From: Dehalococcoidia bacterium
GTDB taxonomy: Bacteria; Chloroflexota; Dehalococcoidia; DSTF01; JACRBR01
NCBI GenBank assembly: GCA_038227375.1
Contig: JBBRPY010000008.1
Span: forward strand, 4,178 to 68,177
Direction of reading: 5' to 3'
DNA: 64,000 nt
Positions 9,247-17,969 of this stretch are shown here, piece after piece; position 1 is the first letter of the stretch; the number at the start of each line of letters is the position of its first letter. The notes under the pieces are model-generated. The model did no database searches and was not told the DNA's origin. It saw only the letters and a list, made by a program, of their open reading frames with translations. The position numbers and the translations under genes are program-made.

Positions 9247-10551
9247 GTGGAATTGAGGAACGTGGTCCTGGTCGACGGCGTGCGCTCGGCGTTCGGACGC
9301 GGCGGCAGAGGCAGCCTGGTGGCGACGCGGCTGGATAACGCGGGCGCGACCGTCTTGCGCGCGCTGATGGAACGCAATCCGAAGGTCGATCCGTGGCTCG
9401 TCGAGGACATTGGCCTGGGCAACGTGATGGGCGCTGGCGAACTGATCCTGATCGGCGCGAACAACGTGGCGCACCTGGCGGGGCTTCCCGCCGAGGTCTG
9501 CTCCTTCGATACGAACCGGCAGTGCGGTTCCAGCATGGAGACGCTGCACCGCGTCGCGCAGTCGATCATGGTCGGCGCGACCGATTGCGGCATCGCGCTC
9601 GGCATCGAGCGGATGGGGCGATCGCTGGCGGGCGGCCCGAGCGGCCCGAAGACGCGCGTCACCGAGTTCAACAAGCAGCTGCCGCAGATGAACGAGATGC
9701 AGCGCAACATGGCCCCGGACCACAACACGATCTTCTCCGTCCCATTCCCGGACGCGATCCTCGACGCTTCGCCGATCACTTCGATGACGCAGACGGCGCA
9801 AAACGTCGCCGAGGTGTACGGCCTCTCGCGTGAGGAGATGGACCAGTTCTCGGTCGAGAGCCACCGCAAGACGGCTGCCGCCTACGACAAGGGCATCTAC
9901 AAGGACGAGGTGATCCCTCTCGAAGTGGAGACCCCGGTCTTCGACGACAAGGGAAACTGGCTGCCGGAGGAACACGGCAAGCAGATCGTCTTCGACCGCG
10001 ATGAGTGCGTGCGGCCGGGCACCAACATGGAGACGCTCGGCCAACTCAAGCCGGTCGGCGGCATCCAGAGCTTCAGCGGCGAAGAGCTGCGGATCACCGC
10101 CGGCAACTCGTGCCCGACGAACGACGGCATCTCCGCCGCGCTGCTGATGAGCGAAGACAAGGCGCGCGAGCTCGGCCTGAAGCCGCTGGCGCGGATCATC
10201 GGCATGGGCGTCGCTGGCGTGAAGCCGCAGGTCATGGGCCTCGGCCCGATCCCCGCGACGAAGAAGGCGCTGCGTCACGCGGGCATCGACGCGGGCGAGA
10301 TCGACCGTGTCGAATTCAACGAAGCGTTCGCCGCACAGGTGATCCCGTCGTGCCGCGAGCTGGGCATCTCGATGGACCGGGTGAACGTCAACGGCGGTTC
10401 GATCGCGATCGGCCACCCGCTGGGCGCAACCGGCGCGCGGCTGGTATCGACGGTTGCACACGAACTGCGGCGCTCCGGGAAGCGCTACGGCCTCGCGACG
10501 CAGTGCATCGGCGTCGGCATGGGCATCTCGACGATCATCGAGGCCGTGTAG
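9247..10551 (+). CDS. acetyl-CoA C-acyltransferase (thiolase)
   Basis: GTG start after GAGGAGG. Thiolase motifs are present (NRQCGSS active-site Cys region and the C-terminal GGSIAIGHPLGATG and CIGVGMG). Confidence 0.9.
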   Translation: MELRNVVLVDGVRSAFGRGGRGSLVATRLDNAGATVLRALMERNPKVDPWLVEDIGLGNVMGAGELILIGANNVAHLAGLPAEVCSFDTNRQCGSSMETLHRVAQSIMVGATDCGIALGIERMGRSLAGGPSGPKTRVTEFNKQLPQMNEMQRNMAPDHNTIFSVPFPDAILDASPITSMTQTAQNVAEVYGLSREEMDQFSVESHRKTAAAYDKGIYKDEVIPLEVETPVFDDKGNWLPEEHGKQIVFDRDECVRPGTNMETLGQLKPVGGIQSFSGEELRITAGNSCPTNDGISAALLMSEDKARELGLKPLARIIGMGVAGVKPQVMGLGPIPATKKALRHAGIDAGEIDRVEFNEAFAAQVIPSCRELGISMDRVNVNGGSIAIGHPLGATGARLVSTVAHELRRSGKRYGLATQCIGVGMGISTIIEAV

Positions 10552-10585
10552 CCGGCCGAGGCGGGCCGGAGGGAGGGACTGCCCG

Positions 10586-11707
10586 ATGACGATAGAGCAT
10601 GACACGTCGACTGCTGCGCCCGTGCCGACGGGCGTGGCGCTGACCGCGCTCGATCCGGAGTTCCAGCGCGAGCCAGACGCGCGTCTCGACGTGCTGCGCG
10701 AGCGCGAGCCGGTGCATCACGATCAGGTGCTGCAGCGCTGGCTGATCGCCCGCCACGACGACGTCGACGCATTGCTGCGCGACCGCTCGCTGTCGGCGGA
10801 CCCGCGCAACGGCCGGCCGGGTACGTTCATGGCGGCATTCGTGGCTCCCGATGGGCGCGAGCCGAGCATCCTGTTTCTCGATGCGCCCGAGCACGACCGC
10901 CTGCGCGGTCTGGTGTCGAAGGCGTTCACGCCGCGGGCAATCGAACAGATGGCACCGCGAATTCAGGAGATTGTCGACGACCTGCTCGACCGCGTCGCGC
11001 CGGCGGATGGCTTCGATCTCATCGAGGACTTCGCGGGCCCGCTCCCGACGATCGTCATCGCCGAGATGCTCGGCGTCGACCCCGCCGACCGGCGCGATTT
11101 CAAGCGCTGGTCCGACGATGGTGTGATGGCGTTCGACCCGTTGCTGAGCGATGAGATGAAGGAGCGCGTGGTCGCATCGAGTGCCGAGCTCGACGCGTAC
11201 TTCCGGCGGGCGATCGCCGAGCGCCGCTCCCATCCACGCGACGACCTGATCTCGTCGCTGATCGCCGTCGAAGAGGGCGGCGTGCGGCTGACCGACGAAG
11301 AGATCGTGACGATGTGCGGGTTGCTGCTCGCGGCGGGCAACGTGACGACGACGGACCTCATCGGCAACGGCGTGCGCGCGTTGCTCGAACATCGCGATCA
11401 GTTCGAGCTGCTACGTGCCGATCCGTCGCTGATAAAGAACGCGGTCGAGGAGATGCTGCGCTACGACAGCCCCGTCACCGAGACCGGCCGCATCCCGTTG
11501 AGCGACGTGGCGATCCGTGGGTGCCCGATGGCAAGCGGCGATTCGCTGGTGCCGATCCTGGGCGCCGCGAATCATGACCCCGACGTGTATCCGGAGCCGC
11601 ATCGGTTCGACATTGCGCGGGCGGACACCCATCACCACTCGTTCGGTGGAGGCATCCACTTCTGCCTGGGGGCGCCGCTGGCGCGGCTGGAGGCGCAGCT
11701 GCCGTAA
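10586..11707 (+). CDS. cytochrome P450, N-terminal 373 aa including the heme-binding loop; reading frame breaks at ~11701
   Basis: ATG at 10586 follows GGAGGGAGGGA. The heme ligand motif FGGGIHFCLG is present. A stop follows only 12 codons after the Cys ligand, where the family normally continues ~50 aa. Confidence 0.75.
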   Translation: MTIEHDTSTAAPVPTGVALTALDPEFQREPDARLDVLREREPVHHDQVLQRWLIARHDDVDALLRDRSLSADPRNGRPGTFMAAFVAPDGREPSILFLDAPEHDRLRGLVSKAFTPRAIEQMAPRIQEIVDDLLDRVAPADGFDLIEDFAGPLPTIVIAEMLGVDPADRRDFKRWSDDGVMAFDPLLSDEMKERVVASSAELDAYFRRAIAERRSHPRDDLISSLIAVEEGGVRLTDEEIVTMCGLLLAAGNVTTTDLIGNGVRALLEHRDQFELLRADPSLIKNAVEEMLRYDSPVTETGRIPLSDVAIRGCPMASGDSLVPILGAANHDPDVYPEPHRFDIARADTHHHSFGGGIHFCLGAPLARLEAQLP

Positions 11708-11955
11708 ACACGCTCGTGCGGCGCTTTCCAGACCTGAGGTTGGGCGAGGAACCGTTGGAGTTTCGCCGCATCCCTGGCTTCCGCGGCCTGGTGCGGCTGG
11801 ACGTGCTGACCTGGCGAAGCATGCGCCTGAGAGGCGGCCGCGGGCAGGCTGGGAAACCGGCTGAGGGCTACGCGCTTAGTTTGCGCGTGATCAGGCGCGT
11901 GATCAGCTCGGGCCGCATCTTCTTCGCCGACCCCGAAGCGCCATCGTTGAGGTAG
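11704..11955 (+). pseudogene. P450 C-terminal remainder in the +1 frame (VNTLVRRFPDLRLGEEPLEFRRIPGFRGLVRLDVLTW...); true stop uncertain
   Basis: The +1 frame encodes the canonical P450 C-terminal meander/beta region directly after the premature stop. The junction is consistent with a missing single G in CTG(G)CCGTAAAC. The frame then runs on into the convergent desaturase gene, so a second error or a spurious extension is likely. Confidence 0.45.
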
Positions 11956-12866
11956 TTGCCCTCGGTGAAGACGCGCATCGCGTTCTCCCGGCCGACGACT
12001 CGCGTCATCTTCGCGAACATCGCGGCGAAGGCACCCTTCTTCTCCGCCAGCGTGGGGTACGCGGCCTCTTCCATGGCCGCGCGCCGCGCATCGTATTCGT
12101 CGAGCAGGTAGGCGCCCGGCATGCCGAACTCCTTCAGCGCCTCGATCACCGCCGGCATCAGACCTGGGTCAGCGTCGAGGCAATCCTTGGTCTTCTGCTC
12201 GTAGAACATCTCGTGACGCTTCTCGTCCTTCGCAAGCAACGACTCGATCTTTGCCAGCACCGGTTCCTTCGTGTGCTGGGCGTGGTGCCGGTAGAACTCC
12301 GCCGTTATGAACTCTTGCAGTGTCGTGGAGGCCACCACCTGCGCGGGGAGGTAGTGCGCCGGGATCCCCCAGTTCTCCGCGCTCGCGTCGCGGACGTCGG
12401 TGACCTTTTCCGCGAGCGCGCGATGCACCGACGCCTCGATCTCAATCAGATGCGCGGCGCCGGCCTCGGCCGACTTGCGCGCTTCGACGGCGACCTGAAC
12501 CTTGGTCAGATACTCGCGGAGCGCGTAGTAGTGCTTCCATTCCTCAATCGCCCACATCATGACGAAGTCGCAGACGTCCTGATCGGCCTTGAAGTACTCG
12601 ATGAGATTGGCGACGTAGTCGGGATTGTTGCTCTCGACAAGCATCACCGTCTCGACGACGTCGATGTCGGTCTGGGTGAGGGCGTCAAGGTCGATGTCGC
12701 GCCAGTCGAGGTCGAGCACTTCCGTCAGGTTCCAGCTCAGCCGCTCGTGCCCGCGGTAGAAGGCGATGACGTCTTCTTTGCTGGGCACGGTCGTGCGGTC
12801 AGGGGCCGAGAGGGGCGGCTGATTCTCGGTGAACGGATAGCTTACGCTCTTTGCTAGCTTCGACAC
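11868..12866 (-). CDS. soluble diiron acyl-ACP desaturase-like protein (DesA1/DesA2 family, ferritin-like)
   Basis: Two ExxH diiron motifs (EEWKHY, DEKRHE) and a size of ~330 aa match the soluble acyl-ACP desaturase family. Confidence 0.75.
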   Translation of the reverse strand: MSKLAKSVSYPFTENQPPLSAPDRTTVPSKEDVIAFYRGHERLSWNLTEVLDLDWRDIDLDALTQTDIDVVETVMLVESNNPDYVANLIEYFKADQDVCDFVMMWAIEEWKHYYALREYLTKVQVAVEARKSAEAGAAHLIEIEASVHRALAEKVTDVRDASAENWGIPAHYLPAQVVASTTLQEFITAEFYRHHAQHTKEPVLAKIESLLAKDEKRHEMFYEQKTKDCLDADPGLMPAVIEALKEFGMPGAYLLDEYDARRAAMEEAAYPTLAEKKGAFAAMFAKMTRVVGRENAMRVFTEGNYLNDGASGSAKKMRPELITRLITRKLSA

Positions 12867-13155
12867 GGCGTCTTCTCCTGACCAGCCTGTGAAAGGCTGC
12901 TGCTGCTCAGTGTAAGTGGCGATGTTGAATCGGCAATACGCCGGAAAGGGGTGCGAGAGGAGCGGCGAAGTTTCAGCGGGGTCTCACTCGTCCAACAGCG
13001 GTCTTTCAAATTCCAGGCAGCCCTGGCGTGAACCGCTTACCGCCTTCGATCCACCCTTTCAGTATACGCGCTGGTCAATACGCGTGATGCTCGCCCTTAG
13101 ATTCGATGTTCGGGAAGGGGCTCTCGCAGATGTATTCATGACAGCATTGTATTGA

Positions 13156-13830
13156 TTACAACGGCCCGGTCAGCGATGCCCGCTGCGAGATCTCGATCCA
13201 GTTGCCGTCCGGGTCGCGGACGAAGGAGATGCGGGCGGTCGCGCCAAGAGTGACCGGCGGGCGTCCCTCGCCGCCGCCGCCCGCGAGAATCTGCGCGTGT
13301 TCGGCATCGACGTCGCGCACCTGCACCGTCAGGTACCGGATTCCGGGCGCCTGCATGGCACCCACGGCGCCTGCGGACGCGTCCGCCGAGATGAGAAGCA
13401 GCGAGTCGCCGCAACGATAGCGGTTTTGCGCCAATCGCTCGAAACCGAGCGCGGCGCCGAGGTAGCGCTCCATCGCCGCCCCGTCGCGCACTTCCATCCG
13501 GATTGCGATGCCTGCGACGCCGTGGTGGCCGCGCGGTACGAGCGTGACGCGATTTCCATCCGGATCGATGAGCGGTCGCGGCGCGTCGATGCCGTCGCGG
13601 GCGATCAGCAGCTCGCGGTAGCCGCTCGGCGCCGCGGCGGGCATCGGCTCGCGCACGGAGTTGAGCTTGAGCACGGAGCCGTTCATCGCGTGCCGATGCT
13701 GACGGACGCCGCCGCCGAGCGGCAGCATCTCTTCGAACGGCAGGCCTGCGTTGTTCTGCCAGAACGCCAGCATGGCTTCGATGTTGTTGGTGAAGATGCC
13801 GACATCGATGTGTTGCTTCGCGAGCTGCAT
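13156..13830 (-). CDS. VOC/glyoxalase-bleomycin-resistance-dioxygenase family protein (two-module)
   Basis: The inner ATG at 13830 lies 5 nt downstream of the upstream gene's stop. Repeated IDPDGNRVTLV / VRDPDGNWIEI modules are typical of the VOC fold. Confidence 0.7.
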   Translation of the reverse strand: MQLAKQHIDVGIFTNNIEAMLAFWQNNAGLPFEEMLPLGGGVRQHRHAMNGSVLKLNSVREPMPAAAPSGYRELLIARDGIDAPRPLIDPDGNRVTLVPRGHHGVAGIAIRMEVRDGAAMERYLGAALGFERLAQNRYRCGDSLLLISADASAGAVGAMQAPGIRYLTVQVRDVDAEHAQILAGGGGEGRPPVTLGATARISFVRDPDGNWIEISQRASLTGPL

Positions 13831-13835
13831 ATCGG

Positions 13836-14222
13836 CTACGTCAGCAGCGGCGTGATCTGCGCCGAATCCAGATACTCGTCCACACGGCTGATGCATCCAT
13901 CGACCACCGTGCAGACGATGCACGCCGCGATCGCTAGCTCCGTGCCGTTCGGCGCGCGGCCGCGCGTCACGTGCTGCTCGACGAAGCCGGTGGCGGTCGC
14001 CTGGCAGCGGACGTCCTCATACCGGAAGTCCGCGATGTGCGTGGCCACCCACCCCAGCACGGCGAGATTCTGCTCGACGCTCTGGCCCACGCCGTCGTTG
14101 TTGTGCCAGATCACGGCGTCCGGTGCGTACATAGCGCGCACGCCGTCGATGTCGCCCGCGGTGATCGCGGCGAAGAAGCGGCGTGCGAGGTCGAGCATCG
14201 CTTCGGCATCCGTCGTCGACAT
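13836..14222 (-). CDS. SnoaL-like / NTF2-like (ketosteroid-isomerase-like) protein
   Basis: ~128 aa, FFAAITAGDIDGVRAMYAPDAVIWHN pattern typical of SnoaL-like polyketide cyclase/NTF2 fold. Confidence 0.7.
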   Translation of the reverse strand: MSTTDAEAMLDLARRFFAAITAGDIDGVRAMYAPDAVIWHNNDGVGQSVEQNLAVLGWVATHIADFRYEDVRCQATATGFVEQHVTRGRAPNGTELAIAACIVCTVVDGCISRVDEYLDSAQITPLLT

Positions 14223-14259
14223 GGCATCTCCTGAATCAGCCGGATCGTGGCGCCGCGCG

Positions 14260-15837
14260 CTAGCCGACGCGCCGTTCGATGCCCTTCCAGTACTGTTCTC
14301 GGATGACGAACTTCTGCAGCTTGCCGGTCACCGTCCGTGGCAGCGACTCGACGAAGTCCACCGACGTCGGGCACTTGAAGTGCGCGAGGTGTCCGCGGCT
14401 AAACTCGATGATCTCTGCCTCCGTTGCTGTCGCACCGTCCCGCAGGACGATGAGCGCCTTCGGCGTCTCGCCCCACTGTTCGCTCGGCACGCCGACGACG
14501 GCGCACTCGAGCACGCACGGGTGCCGGTACAGGGCGTCCTCGATCTCCGGCGAGGAGATGTTTTCGCCGCCCGAGATGATGACGTCCTTCTTCCGGTCGA
14601 CGATGTGGATGTTGGCGTGCTCGTCCCAGACCGCGAGGTCGCCGGTGTGGAAGTAGCCGCCGTGCATCACCCGCTCCGTCTCTTCCGGCTGCAGCCAGTA
14701 CCCCTTGAGGACGACGTTCGAGCGCGCGCAGACCTCGCCGATCGTGACGCCGTCTTTGGGGACGGGGTCGCCGTCGTCGTCGAGCACCTGGATGTCGGTA
14801 CCGATCGCCTCGACGCCGGCGCGTGCGCGGCGGGCGTAGTCGCCCTTCGCGGCATAGGCGTCGGGCGTCGATACGGTGATGATCGGCGAGGTCTCGGTCA
14901 GTCCGTAGATCTGGATGAACTCCCAGCCCAGCTCTTCTTCCAGCCGCTGGATGAACGCGGCGGGCGGCGGCGCTCCGGCGACGACGAAGCGCGGCCGCGT
15001 CGTGATCGTGTGCTTTGCCTTGGCCGGATAGTTCAGGATGGCGCTCAGCACGGCCGGGGCCATGCAGGCGAAGGTCACGCCGTGCTTCTCGATCAGCCGG
15101 TAGACGTCGGCGGCGACGACGGCGCGGAGGACGATGTGGGTGCCACCCATGGCCGTGATAGCGAAGGGGCCGCCCCAGCCGCTCGCGTGGAACATCGGGA
15201 GCGTCCACAGCTCGACGTCGTCGTGCTGCACGCGCAGATGCGCGATGAAGTTGTACGCGTTGATGTAGCAGTTGCGGTGCGTCAGCATCACGCCCTTGGG
15301 CCGCGCCGTCGTGCCTGAGGTGTAATTGATCGAGAGGACGTCGTTCTCGTCTTGGATCACCGGAGGCGGCGCTGTCACCGGTTGCGCGGCGATCAGTTCA
15401 TCCCAATCCTGCCAGCCGGTCCGCGTGTCGCCTGAGTCCTTCGCGACAATCCAGTGCTTCACGCTGGTGAGAATCGGGCGGATCTCGTCGATGATGCGCG
15501 TGTATTCGTGGTCGACGAGGACGGCGCTGACGCCGGCGTGGTTGATGATGTACTCGTGGTCCGCAGCCGCAAGCCGGTAGTTCAGCGGCACGATGATCGC
15601 GCCGATCTGCGCGACGGCGTAGTAGCTCTCGAGGAAGAAGTGCGAGTTCGGGCTGAGGATGCAGACGCGGTCGCCGGGCGCGATGCCGAGCGCGAGCAGC
15701 GCGTGGGAGAGCTGATGGGCGCGGTCCTGGAACTGCCGGTAGGTGAACGTCCGGTCGCCGTCGACGATCGCGGTCTTATCTGGATACAGCTTCGCCGCGC
15801 GGCGGAGAAAGTCCTGGACCAGCAGCGGCACTTCCAT
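14260..15837 (-). CDS. AMP-dependent acyl-CoA synthetase/ligase
   Basis: ATG at 15837 has GAGGG 6 nt upstream. The AMP-binding motif YTSGTTARPKGV and the C-terminal ISGGENI..GK motifs are present. The longer track ORF start is rejected. Confidence 0.85.
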   Translation of the reverse strand: MEVPLLVQDFLRRAAKLYPDKTAIVDGDRTFTYRQFQDRAHQLSHALLALGIAPGDRVCILSPNSHFFLESYYAVAQIGAIIVPLNYRLAAADHEYIINHAGVSAVLVDHEYTRIIDEIRPILTSVKHWIVAKDSGDTRTGWQDWDELIAAQPVTAPPPVIQDENDVLSINYTSGTTARPKGVMLTHRNCYINAYNFIAHLRVQHDDVELWTLPMFHASGWGGPFAITAMGGTHIVLRAVVAADVYRLIEKHGVTFACMAPAVLSAILNYPAKAKHTITTRPRFVVAGAPPPAAFIQRLEEELGWEFIQIYGLTETSPIITVSTPDAYAAKGDYARRARAGVEAIGTDIQVLDDDGDPVPKDGVTIGEVCARSNVVLKGYWLQPEETERVMHGGYFHTGDLAVWDEHANIHIVDRKKDVIISGGENISSPEIEDALYRHPCVLECAVVGVPSEQWGETPKALIVLRDGATATEAEIIEFSRGHLAHFKCPTSVDFVESLPRTVTGKLQKFVIREQYWKGIERRVG

Positions 15838-16058
15838 GCGAACCCTCGGATTTCTGTTTCGTTGTGTGGCCGATTCTACCGAAGTTTCGGTGTGCGCGTC
15901 GCACCCGTGCGTGGCGGATCGGCGTTTGCAGCAATGCCTGATGCCGGTTGAGATGTCGTACGGGCCGCACCCGATGCGTTCGCGCCGTTGACGGCTGCCG
16001 GCCGGGTTCGAGATACTCACACCAGCGAGAGAAGCCAGCGGCGAACGAGGTCAATTCT

Positions 16059-16337
16059 ATGATCGAGGATGCTCACGACGAGCGCGAGATCCGGCGGCGC
16101 ATTCGCAGGCGTCTGCAACTGACGCGCGAGATCGGCACCTACGTGCTCGTCGTCGGATTGCTGACGCTGATCGACTGGGCGACGGGCGGCGGCTGGTGGG
16201 TGCAGTGGGTGGCGCTGATCTGGGGCGCCTTCCTGGCATTCCGCCTGCTCGGCGAGATCGGGGCCTCGCTCTGGGGCCGCGAGGCCGAAGACCGGATGGT
16301 GCAGCGAGAACTGGACCGAATTCGCCGCGAACGGTAG
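16059..16337 (+). CDS. 2TM-domain small membrane protein
   Basis: ATG at 16059 lies 8 nt after GAGG. An Arg-rich N-terminus is followed by two TM helices (VLVVGLLTLIDW.., WVQWVALIWGAFLAF). Confidence 0.55.
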   Translation: MIEDAHDEREIRRRIRRRLQLTREIGTYVLVVGLLTLIDWATGGGWWVQWVALIWGAFLAFRLLGEIGASLWGREAEDRMVQRELDRIRRER

Positions 16338-16353
16338 CCGTCTATCGCGCGCC

Positions 16354-17058
16354 TCAGACGAAGTGCGTGCGCTCCCGGCCGAACACGTTCGTGACCTGCA
16401 GCCAACAGCTTGCAGGCGTGTTCGGATCGCTCGCGAACGGGCGAGTCAATCCTACGCGCACGACGGCGCTGCCGGCACCCGCAAAATCCTGGCGGATGTT
16501 GTTCATGTATTCGCTCTCGCAAGCTCCGCACTCGTCGGGATGGAGCTTCGCCTGGAGATCCTGAAGCGGTATCGCGTGCCAGTGGTTGCCGCCTCCGTCG
16601 ACGAGATCGACTCGCGGCTTGAGCGACGCGTCCTGGTCGATCCGGATGTACGTGACCAAGACTGACGCCAGCGATCGCTCGCCCTGCGCCGGACGCCACG
16701 CATGATTCCCGCGGCCGCCCCTCAGCGCGGGTGCGCCGAAGGCGTCCTCGATCGACGTGAACGCTCGCTCCTCCAGCAGCGCCCGCACGTCCGCGTAGGC
16801 CATCATGCCGGTCTTGCGCGCGGTCAGGCGGTTCCAGCGTGCATCCTCGACATGCGGCTTGATCCGCTTCCGCTCGAAATCGTAGTCGATGCTCAGCACA
16901 TCCCCCGGCCTCATGCCGCCGAGCGATCGGACCGTCGTCCGGGTCGGACTCGGCGTCGACAGGCGCACCTGCTCACGCGATTTGAGGTCGATGCCGGCGA
17001 TGCAGACGTTCTGGCCGCTCATCTCCGTCAGGTCGACGATCAGCAGATCGCGCTTCAC
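16354..17058 (-). CDS. hypothetical protein (H..H..CGAC motif), third gene of mfd-linked DUF488 operon
   Basis: The GTG start overlaps the upstream stop (GTGA). It is 234 aa with no family recognised by eye. It is a possible metal-binding protein (NHWHAIPL...CGACESEY). Confidence 0.5.
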   Translation of the reverse strand: MKRDLLIVDLTEMSGQNVCIAGIDLKSREQVRLSTPSPTRTTVRSLGGMRPGDVLSIDYDFERKRIKPHVEDARWNRLTARKTGMMAYADVRALLEERAFTSIEDAFGAPALRGGRGNHAWRPAQGERSLASVLVTYIRIDQDASLKPRVDLVDGGGNHWHAIPLQDLQAKLHPDECGACESEYMNNIRQDFAGAGSAVVRVGLTRPFASDPNTPASCWLQVTNVFGRERTHFV

Positions 17059-17555
17059 CAGAGCACTTCCTGCAGGCCAATCTCGCTCGGCGCCGTCTTC
17101 GCAACGGAGAGATGCACAATCTCCGTGTCTGGCACGAGTTCCGCTGCATCAAGCGCGACCGCCTTGCGATGGCATTCATTCGGATCGCCTTCACTGCACA
17201 ACAAACAGACGGCTGTGCTGCCTCCCGCGCGCATCAGCCGAACGACCTCGGCGAGTCCGTCCGTCCATTCGTCCGTGGACCGCAGGTGACCGACGATGAT
17301 CGGATCGAGCCGCCCTTGCTTCCACCGGCGCGCCACTTCCGGATCCTGGGGCACGCCGCCAAGACGATCGCCGAGGAAGCGATACCGCATGCCGGCCTGC
17401 TCAATCGCCGTCTGCAGCGGGTTCTGATCGAACTGCAGCAGCCGGCTTCGTGGCTTGCTCCGTACGTCCACGACCACCTCGATGGCGCTGGCCATCAGCT
17501 TGTCGATGAGTGCCGGCAGTTCCACCACGCTGTGGCCGATCGTGTACAGCTTCAC
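17055..17555 (-). CDS. DUF488 domain protein
   Basis: The GTG start at 17555 overlaps the stop of the upstream DUF488 gene (GTGA). DUF488 signatures LYTIGHS, VVDVRSKPRSR and LLCSEGDPNECHR are present. The longer ATG-initiated ORF in the track (17609) would overlap the upstream gene by 58 nt. Confidence 0.65.
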   Translation of the reverse strand: MKLYTIGHSVVELPALIDKLMASAIEVVVDVRSKPRSRLLQFDQNPLQTAIEQAGMRYRFLGDRLGGVPQDPEVARRWKQGRLDPIIVGHLRSTDEWTDGLAEVVRLMRAGGSTAVCLLCSEGDPNECHRKAVALDAAELVPDTEIVHLSVAKTAPSEIGLQEVLW

Positions 17556-17917
17556 GCTTGCACCGCCATCTCCGCCTCGACGAGCTCCCGCAGCAGACGG
17601 CGATGGCACTCCGCTTCATCCTTGCACGCGCAGAGCAGGGTCACCGTCTCGGCGCGGGACTGGCGGGCCAGCGCTGCGATCTCCTCGCGTTGGTCCGCGC
17701 CGCGCATCTCTTGCAGGAAACGCACTTCGTACTCCGACCAGGCGATCACGCCATCCTTGAATGCGCGCAGCAACGGCCGCGACGGCGCGAGCACACGCTT
17801 GTACAGCCCCGCGCGCTCGCGGGAGACGCCTCGCGGCCAGTAGTTCGTCACCAGCATGCGGACGCCGTCGTCGGGTGATGCTTCTTCGTAGATGCTCTTG
17901 CTCCGGATACTCATCAC
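17552..17917 (-). CDS. DUF488 domain protein, YeaO-like
   Basis: MLVTNYWPRGVSRE...LLCACKDEAECHRRLL matches the YeaO/DUF488 pattern. It lies 52 nt downstream of the mfd stop on the same strand. Confidence 0.7.
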   Translation of the reverse strand: MMSIRSKSIYEEASPDDGVRMLVTNYWPRGVSRERAGLYKRVLAPSRPLLRAFKDGVIAWSEYEVRFLQEMRGADQREEIAALARQSRAETVTLLCACKDEAECHRRLLRELVEAEMAVQA

Positions 17918-17969
17918 GTGGCCACCGTACCACGACTAGAACAAGGATTCTAGTCTACGCCGGGTGTTG

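Noticed and set aside
8955-9869. N-terminal 305 aa of track ORF 7731..9869
   Set aside because: The extension overlaps the thiolase gene on the opposite strand. The internal ATG at 8954 with a GGAGG RBS marks the start of the DUF2171 domain.
12916-13155. 79 aa plus-strand ORF in the desaturase / VOC intergenic region
   Set aside because: It lies in a lower-GC promoter-like spacer between convergent and divergent genes. There is no RBS and the composition is non-coding-like.
13297-15318. 673 aa plus-strand ORF
   Set aside because: Antisense to acyl-CoA ligase, SnoaL and VOC genes, which have clear motifs
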